From the NCBI GenBank assembly GCA_964016885.1, contig OZ024754.1:31248001-31312000 (forward strand): 64,000 nt of DNA, read 5' to 3'. The stretch is from Eledone cirrhosa. Its lineage: Eukaryota. Shown here one piece after another: positions 54,465-64,000 of the stretch. A model generated the notes under the pieces. The model ran no database searches. It was not told where the DNA came from and saw only the letters and a list, made by a program, of their open reading frames with translations. Within the stretch, counting starts at the first letter, position 1. The number at the start of each line of letters is the position of its first letter. The position numbers and the translations under genes are program-made.

Positions 54465-54697
54465 TATATATATATATCATCATCATCATTGTTTAACATC
54501 CATTTTGCACACTAGCATGGGTTAGATGGGTTTTCTCATTTGAGGCAAGTTTGTCAGGTGACAGTGTCTTACTCATATAGAACTGTTTTGGGGCTAGGTT
54601 GTAGCTTTGTGCGATAGAGTTATGGCCCTTTATGTTCTGAGTTCAAATCTTGCCATGGTTAGCTTTGCCTTTCATCCTTACAGGGTCAATAAATTAA

Positions 54698-54915
54698 CCC
54701 TTTAGCATTCACATTACTCTATATTTACTATTATATTTTCCCATAAAAGGCTTTACTTCACATAATTATCTCACATAACATCAAATCTACAAGATTTTGA
54801 TATTTATTTTGAGAACTATACATTAACATTGGCATGAGTGACCAGTTACAACCAGTTTCAACAGAAAGGAGTGAGAGAATTCTGGCCAGATATGACCGGT
54901 TTAAATGCTAATGGG
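54698..54915. mobile_element. piggyBac-type MITE
   Basis: TTAA-CCCTTTAGCATT...AATGCTAATGGG-TTAA interrupting a SINE B. Copies at 19413-19635 and 31935-32155. Confidence 0.8.
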
Positions 54916-54929
54916 TTAAAGTACCAATA

Positions 54930-55098
54930 CAGGTAAAATTCCGTTATAACATATAGCTTTATAATGAAATTTTCAGGATAAAGAAATATTTTCAATCCTC
55001 GAGGTAATAACAAACAAACGTTTGATTTGTTTCGATCGATCTCATTACAACAAATTCTTTTTATACTCCGTGAATTTCGTTATAACGGAATTTCACTG
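54930..55098. mobile_element. Tc1/mariner-pogo-type MITE
   Basis: TA-CAGGTAAAATTCCGTTATAAC...GTTATAACGGAATTTCACTG-TA; the SINE B resumes after it. Confidence 0.8.
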
Positions 55099-55213
55099 TA
55101 ATACACTGGTGTTGATTTAATCAACTTTCCCCTCACCCAAAATTGTTAGCCTTGTGCCTAAATTAGAAATTATTTTACATAAACATATAGCATATATATA
55201 TCTCTATTATATA

Positions 55214-55561
55214 TCATCATCATCATCATCATCTCATTTTACGTCCGCTCTTTCCCTGCTTGCAAGGGTGGGACGGGAACTGGTTCTGGCTTGATTTCTA
55301 CAGCTGGATGCCCTTCCTAACACCAACCTCATTTACAGTGAATGCTGGGTGCTTTTTTTGCCGTGGCACCTCCACGACCACTTTGCAGTGGAATGATAGG
55401 GACCCCAGTCCCTATCATCTCATTTCTACAGCTGAGTAAACTGGAGCAATGTGAAATAAAGTGTCTTGCTCAAGGAAACAACACATCACCCGGTCTGAGA
55501 ATTGAACTCACAACCTTTCGATTGCAAGGCCAATGCTCTAACCACTAAGCCATGTGCCTCC
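55214..55561 (-). mobile_element. SINE family A
   Basis: Sequence match (reverse complement). Confidence 0.9.
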
Positions 55562-55900
55562 ATTATATGTATATATATGGTAGTGGGGGTGGGTTGAAGA
55601 TGGCAATGGTCAAGATGATTGTGGTTGTAGTGGTGATGGTGGTGGTGGTGGTGGTGGTGGTGGTGGTGGTGGTGGTGGTGGTGAAATGTTGCCACTTTAT
55701 GAAGACACAGAATCCCTGACAGCATATTGACCTTATGTACCAAAATACCAATTCTGTTAACTGTTGATGTTGAAAGGTCACCTGAGATGCACACATGCAC
55801 ACACACACACACTCACACACTCTCAGACACTCACACTCACTCACACACACAACACACACACTCTCAGACACACTCACACACACACATTCACACACATACA

Positions 55901-55937
<37 letters not shown>

Positions 55938-56053
55938 ACTCACACACTCACACACTCTAAGACACTCACACTCACTCACACACACAACACACACACTCTC
56001 AGACACACACACATGCTCAGACACACTCACACACACACATTCACACACATATA

Positions 56054-56100
<47 letters not shown>

Positions 56101-56160
56101 CCTTGTATTCTGTGAGTCAATGATGAGGTAAAGGAGGAAGAGAGAGAGAAATCGATAGAG

Positions 56161-56222
<62 letters not shown>

Positions 56223-56231
56223 ATAGATAGT

Positions 56232-56272
<41 letters not shown>

Positions 56273-56546
56273 TGTACAATGTGGTAGAAATATATTAAGG
56301 GTAAAGGATGACAAATAAAACAAAATGAAGTAATCTATTTGACCCTGTATATTTCAAACGTGATATTTCAGGGTTAAACCCTCTTTTCAGTTTGAGAAGG
56401 GGATACTAGTCCTGAAATATCACGTTGAAATGTACTGGTTAAAAAACATCATTATTCTGTTTTGTTTTACTTGTCCTTTGCCCTTTATATGTTTCTACCC
56501 CATTTACAGGCTTCCTGAAGTCCTCACCAATCAATTATATATATAT

Positions 56547-57078
56547 TAGTTTTGCGAGGTTTTTTATATGAAATCGTGTGTCGAAACAAATATTGTTATA
56601 CTTGGGGAGGGTCATATTTGTGTAATATTGCCAGAATTAATAACAGAACACACTCACTGTTTGGTTGGTTTTCGGTTCTCGCTTCTGTGTCTTTTATATC
56701 GGTAATCTAACTTACTCGGTCCTCAATGTTGCCATTGACTGACCGACGGTCAAAAATAATACAGATACAATATAGACACAAACACATATTTATCAAATGG
56801 CGTAGACATATAATACAACAGGAGGAAACGATAACACCACTGACGATGTTGCAGATGTGCAACGAAAGATTTATGATAAACTATATATATGTGTTTGTGT
56901 CTATATTGTTTCTGTATTATTTTTTACCGTCGGTCAGTCAATGGCAACATTGAGGACCGAGTAAGTTAGATTACCGATATAAAAGAGACAGAAGCGAGAA
57001 GCGAAAACCAACCAAACAGTGAGTGTGTTCTGTTATTAATTCTGGCAATATTACACAAATATGACCCTCCCCAAGTAT

Positions 57079-57085
<7 letters not shown>
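56547..57085. mobile_element. Second copy of the 4050-4800 fold-back element
   Basis: Arms ~56590-56789 and ~56886-57085; same family with copy-specific substitutions. Confidence 0.8.
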
Positions 57086-57126
<41 letters not shown>

Positions 57127-57130
<4 letters not shown>

Positions 57131-57329
57131 GTTATTCCGGGTTGAATCGGAGGTAACCACAGTAAGTAAGGTACTCAATACATTGCAGAGTATAACATTT
57201 TTAATATAGATGAGATTCTACAGGACTAGAACTGTTTCATTCTTTAGAAATCATCAGGAATCTGAGATTCCTGATGATTTCTAAAGAATGAAACAGTTCT
57301 AGTCCTGTAGAATCTCATCTATATTAAAA

Positions 57330-57331
<2 letters not shown>
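57127..57331 (-). mobile_element. Short element with a perfect 65-bp-arm palindrome (57199-57329) and a hammerhead-like core
   Basis: One-nt spacer at 57264; CTGATGA-T-TTCT-aa-AGAA-T-GAAAC. Rearranged copy at 25972-26092. Confidence 0.7.
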
Positions 57332-57383
<52 letters not shown>

Positions 57384-58214
57384 CATGTATTTGTGCATGT
57401 ATTTGTGTGTGTGTGTATGGATATATTTGAAAACAACTGTAACAACAGTTGAGCACTATAAGTAATAACTTTAAAAAATTGGGTAAAATACCATAGAGAG
57501 AGAAAAAGGTGGCACCAACATTACCAGTGGACTATATTCATTTCATTGTGGTACAAACATTACCACTTTACAGAGTAACTATGTAATGTTGCTGCCATAA
57601 CAAAATGCACAAAGGTTGTCCAAACTGAAGAGTCCTCTAAGACCATATATTGTCTCTGTTAAATCACTAAACACTATAGCCTCTGGGAAGTATGAGCAAG
57701 ATGTGGTCACTTGATCTGTCTAGCCTCAGGACATGACAACCTGTCCAACCCATGGCAGTGTAGGAAGTAGATGTAAAAACAATAATGATGATGATGGTAA
57801 TGATGATATACAAGAACATTTTTACTTTGAATAAAAGAAAGAAAATATCACTTCAAGACATGAAAACAGTAATGTAATCCATAGAAGCTGATTACAAAGA
57901 TAAGAGAGAATATATAAGATGATAAAAATATAGAAATATACAAATAATAGTCTTTCTTCAACATTTTGACACTAAATGGTGTCTTTGTCTTGTTTATTTA
58001 TCTGGAAAATACTTTTGAAAAATAAAAGAACTTATTTGTAGAATAAAAAGAAAAAAAAAGAAAAATTATAAATCTTGATAAAAAAAAAAGAGGAAGAAAA
58101 ATAAGAGAATTTTAAGAATCAGTGACAGCATTACTGTAGTAAATGTTAAATTAGATTTTCACCTGATCAATAACAAATAGTAAATGTAGATAATTCTAAA
58201 ATAAAGAAAGATTC

Positions 58215-60620
58215 TCACCACCACCACCACTAATGACGACGATAGCAGCAGCAGCAGCAACAACAACAACACCACCACCACCAACAACAACACCATCAAC
58301 AATAACAACACCAACAACAACCACATCACCACCACCAACAACAACAACAACAACACCAACAACAACACCAACAGCACCAACACCACCAACAGCAACGACA
58401 CAACCTTCATCAACACCACCAACAACACCACCACTACCACTACCACTAGCACTACCACTACCACCACCACCACTACCACCACCACTACCACCACCACCAC
58501 TACCAGCACTACCACCACCACCACCACTATTACCACCACCACCACCACCACTATTACCACCACCACCACCACCACTACCAGCACTACCACCACCACCACC
58601 ACTATTACCACCACCACCACTATTACCACCACCACCACCACCACCACTACCAGCACTACCACCACCACCACCACTATTACCACCACCACCACCACCACTA
58701 TTACCACCACCACTACCACTACCACCAAGATCAACACCAACAAAAGCACCACCACCACCACCACCACCATTACCACCACCAACACCACCACCACTACCAC
58801 CACCACCACCACTACCACTACCACCACCAACACCACCACCACCACCATTACCACCACCAACACCACCACCACTACCACCACCACCACCACTACCACTACC
58901 ACCACCAACACCACCACCACCACCACTATTACCACCACCACCACTACCACCACCACCACCACCACCACCACCACCACCACCACTACCACCACCACCACAC
59001 CGCTACTACCACTACCACCACCAACACCACCACCACCACCACTACCACTACCACCACCACCACCACCACCACTACTACCATTACCACCACCAACACCACC
59101 ACCACCACCACCACTACCACCAAGAACAATACCACCACCAACACCACCACTATCACCACCACCACCACTGGCTATACATAGTTTTATTTATTTATTTTTA
59201 TTTATGTATTTATTTGTTTTGTTTTTTTTAAATTATCAAGATTCGATATAAATCACGGAGTGGTAATGATTGTTAGAGAGACATGTCTTGCCATTAGATA
59301 TCATCACCATCATCATCACCATCACCATCATCATCATCACCACCATCATCATCACCACCATCACCACCATCACCATCATCATCATCACCACCATCATCAT
59401 CACCACCATCACCACCATCACCATCATCACCACCATCACCATCACCACCACCATCACCATTATCACCACCATCACCACCACCATCATCACCATCACCACC
59501 ACCATCACCACCATCACCATCATCATCATCACCATCACCATCACCACCACCATCACCACCATCACCACCATCACCACCATCATCACCATCACCATCACCA
59601 TCATCACCACCACCATCACCACCACCATCACCATCACCATCACCATCATCACCACCACCATCACCACCATCATCACCATCACTACCACCATCACCATCAT
59701 CACCATCATCACCATCACCATCATCACCATCACTACCATCATCATCACCATCACCATCATCACCATCACCATCACCATCATCACCATCACCATCATCACC
59801 ATCACTATCACCATCACCATCATCACCATCACTACCACCATCATCACCATCACCATCATCACCATCACCATCATCACCATCACCATCATCACCACCATCA
59901 CCATCACCATCATCATCATCATCACCATCATCACCATCCCCATCACCATCATCACCATCACCATCACCACCATCACCATCATCACCATCACCAGCATCAC
60001 CATCATCACCATCATCACCATCACCATCATCACCATCATCATCACCATCATCACCATCATCATCACCATCATCACCATCATCATCACCATCATCACCATC
60101 ATCATCGTCATGGTCATCATCATCATCATCATCACCATCACCACCATCGTCACCACCATCATCATCACCATCATCATCACTCTCATCATTATCATCGTCA
60201 CCATCATCATCATTGTCATCATCATTGTCACCATCATCATCATCATCGTCATGTCGTTACTATAACCATTGAAGTCGTCATCAGCATCATCATCATCACC
60301 ATTATTGTTGCTGTCATCATTCATCATCATCGTGTTATCATTAGTCATTGAATTCGTTATCAACATCATCATCATCATCATCACAATCATTGTCATCATC
60401 ATCATCGTCACAATCATTGTCATTATCATCATCATCATCATCATCATCACAATTATCACCATTATTGTCGCTGTCATCATTCATCATCATCATGTCATTG
60501 AATTTGTCGTCATCATAATCATCATCATCATCATCATCATCATCACAATTATTGTCACTGTCACCATCATCACCATCATCAACAATGTCATGGTCATCAT
60601 GGCCATTGTTTTTATCATCA
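58215..60620 (+). repeat. Long compound trinucleotide tracts (ACC/ACT/CAT); similar tracts at 6785-7385, 12975-13650, 21125-22590, 32995-33335 and 37015-37660
   Basis: Low-complexity triplet arrays visible directly in the sequence. Confidence 0.95.
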
Positions 60621-60798
60621 TTATACCTTGTACTGTTCCATTGTCTTGGGCCCAAGAATAGAAATCATTTTTGTTTGGTTCTCTAATGATTCTGCCAATT
60701 TATAATGAGTTAATTAGTTTATAATTAGATTTAGTTTTGTTCTTCAATTTCTTTCCTCAACAGCCATTCAAATTAGTTCTTATTTGTCTTTTCTACAG

Positions 60799-61441
60799 AA
60801 TTCTCAGTTGATGGGGAAACATAGTGAAAAACCATCCCAGATGACACCTCGACTGATGGCAAAACCTCAACTTATGGTGGACTCTGGTGAGAAAGCACCT
60901 CTGATGAGTCCTCAACTTATGGTGGACTTTGGTGAGAAAGCACCTCTGATGAGTCCTCAACATATAGTGAACTCTGGTGAGAAAGCACCCTTGATGAGTC
61001 CTCAACATATAGTGGACTTTGGTGAGAAAGCACCTCTGATGAGTCCTCAACATATAGTGGACTTTGGTGAGAAGACACCCCTGATGAACCCTCAACTTAT
61101 GGTGGACTCTGGAGAGAAAGCACCCTTGATGATACGTCAACTTATGGTGGACTCCGGTGCAAAGATACCCCTGGTGAAACTATATTCATTCCCAGAACTA
61201 AACGAGAAGAGACAGGAGGGTTGCACTGTGATAACAGACAAAAGTGACCATTGTTTATCATCAAAAGAGAATTATGACCACCATGTTATGTTTGGCCACA
61301 ATACAAAAGTCTATTACTTGCTAGATGAATCACATTATAAAGCTCAGTTTTTCTGTCCCAATCCAAACTTCATACCTGAACTGAAATGCCTCACACCATC
61401 AAAAGAAATTAAACTTGATACTACAAAGTCTCTATTAAAAG
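60799..61441 (+). CDS. Probable coding exon of an unidentified host gene with a 15-aa tandem repeat
   Basis: Acceptor TTTGTCTTTTCTACAG, open frame of 643 nt, donor AG/GTAAAT; ~7 copies of a 45 bp unit PQLMVDSGEKAPLMS. Confidence 0.65.
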
Positions 61442-61832
61442 GTAAATATTTACTCTTCAAATCTTATTATTATTGGGTGGTTTGGCAGTATCGGTAGAAG
61501 GTCGGACACCATGCTTTGCAGCACAGAGTTACGCCCCTTTCTGATCTGAGTTAAAATCCAGCCGAGGTTAACTTTGCCTTTCATCCTTACGGGGTCGATA
61601 AAATAAAGTACCAGTAATGTACTGGATAATTGCTGGCCTTGTGCCAAAAGTAGAAACAATTATTATTGTTTTTCTTGTTGTTGTTGCTAAATCAAGAAGA
61701 ATCTTAGGTTAAAAAGCAACAAAGTAGAAATCACAAAATAATAGGTATTTAGTAGAATTTTAAAATATATCTCATCACAGAGACTAAAATATTTGTAGAT
61801 CATCTCAGAAAATTTAAGTATTTTAGAGTCAA

Positions 61833-62353
61833 ACCTAACCCTAACTATAACCCTAATCCTAACTGTAACTATGACCCTAACCCTAATAATAACCCTAAAC
61901 CTAACCCAAACCCAAGTCTAACCTTAACCCTAACTCTAACACTAGCCCTAACTCCAACACTATCCCCAATCCTAAGACTAACCTTAAATCTAACACTAAC
62001 CCTAGCCCTAACACCAACTCTAACCCTAACTCTAACTCCAACACTATCCCCAATCCTAACACTAACCCTAGCCCTAACACCAACTCTAACCCTAACTCTA
62101 ACTCCAACACTATCCCCAATCTTAACACTAACCTTAAATCTAACACTAACCCTAGCTCTAACACCAACTCTAACCCTAACTCCAACTCCAACCATAACCC
62201 CAATCTTAACACTAACTCTAACTCTAACACTAACCCTAGCCCTAACCCCAACTCTAACCCTAACTCTAACTCCAACCATAACCCCAATCCTAACACTAAC
62301 CCTAACTCTAACCCCAACTCTCACCCTAACACTAACCCCAATGGTAACCCTAA
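61833..62353 (+). repeat. Degenerate (CCCTAA)n-like hexamer array
   Basis: AACCCT/AACTCT/AACACT variants with longer repeated blocks. Confidence 0.85.
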
Positions 62354-62904
62354 CAAGAACTCCATTGCAGTATCTGGGTTTCAAAGACTCTGGACTTTGC
62401 CGTACCCAATGTAAACACTGTTTACCATTGTTTAATCTGAAATAGATTAGCTATAGGAACTAGATCCTTGCTTTGAAAGACATTTAGACATCATTAATAA
62501 AAATGTTCCTATATTATCTTCTCATCAGCTCAATTCTGCCAGTTAGATTCTATATTACAGTCTTTGATATTCTCATGTCTGTGAATAATGAAGATAAAGA
62601 GTAATATTCTGGTCTCATAATTTATTCATGTTTCACCTACAATTGCCAACATAAAGAATTACGCATCTCTAGTCAGGAATTAGTAGCCATCATATGAATA
62701 AAGATCCCCTCCTCCTGCCACCTCAATGAAAACAGAGTCGAGTGAGAATCCATAAATGATGGTTATTTGTCTCTCAAAGCTGATACTGAAACTGTAATAA
62801 ATGTTATCGACTTAACCATTATCATCATCATCATCATCGTCATCATCATCACCACCATCCTCTTCAATACCACCACCATAATCATTATCATCATCATCTT
62901 CACT

Positions 62905-63402
62905 AAACTAGAAATCAGTGGTTAAAACATCATTTAATCACAGGACTCTAAATTAACAATCAGAGGTTAAATAACCATATGATGTCTAATAACAGAACCC
63001 GAAACTATCAGAGGTTAAACCATCTTCTAATAACAAAACCCTAAACTAGCAATCAGAGGTTAAACTATCGTCTAATAACAGAACCCTAAACTAGCAATCA
63101 GAGGTTAAACCATCATCTAATAACAGAACCCTAAATTAAGAATCAGAGGTTAAATCATCATATGATGTCTGATAACAGGACCCTAAACTAGCAATCAGAG
63201 GTTAAACCACCATCTGATATCTAATAACAGGACCCTAAACTAGCAATCAGAGGTTAAACCAGCATTTAATAACAGGACCCTAAACTAGCAATCAGAGGTT
63301 AAACCATCGTCTAATAACAAAACCCTAAATTAACAATCAGAGGTTAAACCACCATGTGATGTCTGATAACAGGACCCTAAATTAGCTATCAGAGGTTAAA
63401 CA
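62905..63402 (+). repeat. ~45-bp minisatellite (~10 units)
   Basis: AAACTAGCAATCAGAGGTTAAACCATCATCTAATAACAGAACCCT with small indels. Confidence 0.9.
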
Positions 63403-63726
63403 AGAGGTTCTCAAAGTGGGCATTGATAAGGTCCAGGGGGCGCCGAGACCTAAGGGGTATAGAGATGAGATACTAGTACATTAAATATCAAATGATATAT
63501 ATAGTAAAATAAAAAAATATATAATATTTATTTATACATAGTATATATTATATTATATACTAGCAGAATGGCCTGGCGTTGCTAAGGATTTGCTCTAGGG
63601 TTCTTATATATTTGATATATATTTATCCTTATCGAGCCTCGTGAAATAAATACATTTGTTTATATTTTGTTATTGTGTATGCAAAAATATCTGTAAACGA
63701 ATATATAATTAAATATATATATATGT

Positions 63727-64000
63727 ACTAGCAGCAGTACCCAGCGTTGCCTGGGTAGGTAAAATAATATCTGCTTTGATGAAAAGGTGTTGATCTTAGC
63801 GACTGCTTCTCGATGACTCATCTATGGCCGCACACAGGCCATGCGGGGGAGGGTGGTGATGACCTCTATCACTGAGAAACGCGGGTGACTGACGAAGGGG
63901 CATGCTGGGGGAGGGAGTTTCGAATTTGAACGAAATCGGTTGAAAAATGTGGGAGCTAGAGCCGGAAATTTGAGCGAAAAGGTGATATTTTCGAATATTT
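63727..64000 (-). mobile_element. Helitron-like 3' end
   Basis: The - strand reads hairpin ACCCAGGCAACGCTGGGT followed by CTAG/T. Similar degenerate end at 63559-63590; 5'-like TCTA..AATA starts at ~10218 and ~29789. Confidence 0.55.

Noticed and set aside
60900-61075. Functional tandem hammerhead array in the 45-bp repeat
   Set aside because: An eight-nt insertion between stem II and GAAA, and no stem I/III pairing; better explained as a coding repeat.

Overview
AT-rich, microsatellite-saturated animal genomic DNA with (TA)n, (CA)n, (GA)n, (ATC)n, (TAGA)n and (CATA)n tracts. It most resembles a cephalopod (octopus-like) genome, which is an inference from composition and repeat types. Nearly all six-frame ORFs are translated microsatellites. 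Real content: (1) one intact Penelope-like retroelement (709-aa RT plus C-terminal GIY-YIG, Naiad-like, with direct pseudo-LTRs, 47294-50866); (2) many short non-coding elements of several families, mostly in (TA)n and often fold-back, carrying minimal type I hammerhead ribozyme motifs with unusual core variants and/or a shared, covarying RCTC-stem-YN-GAGYRC hairpin that also sits just upstream of the full-length element's ATG; (3) truncated RTE, Tx1/L1, CR1 and R4/Dong-like LINEs, two tRNA-type SINE families, piggyBac- and Tc1/mariner-type MITEs, and Helitron ends; (4) a few phase-compatible exons of an unidentified + strand host gene, one encoding a 15-aa tandem repeat. The best candidate for an under-described system is the multi-family set of small hammerhead/hairpin fold-back retroelements together with their probable autonomous partner. 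All alignments and folds were done by eye, so coordinates are approximate.
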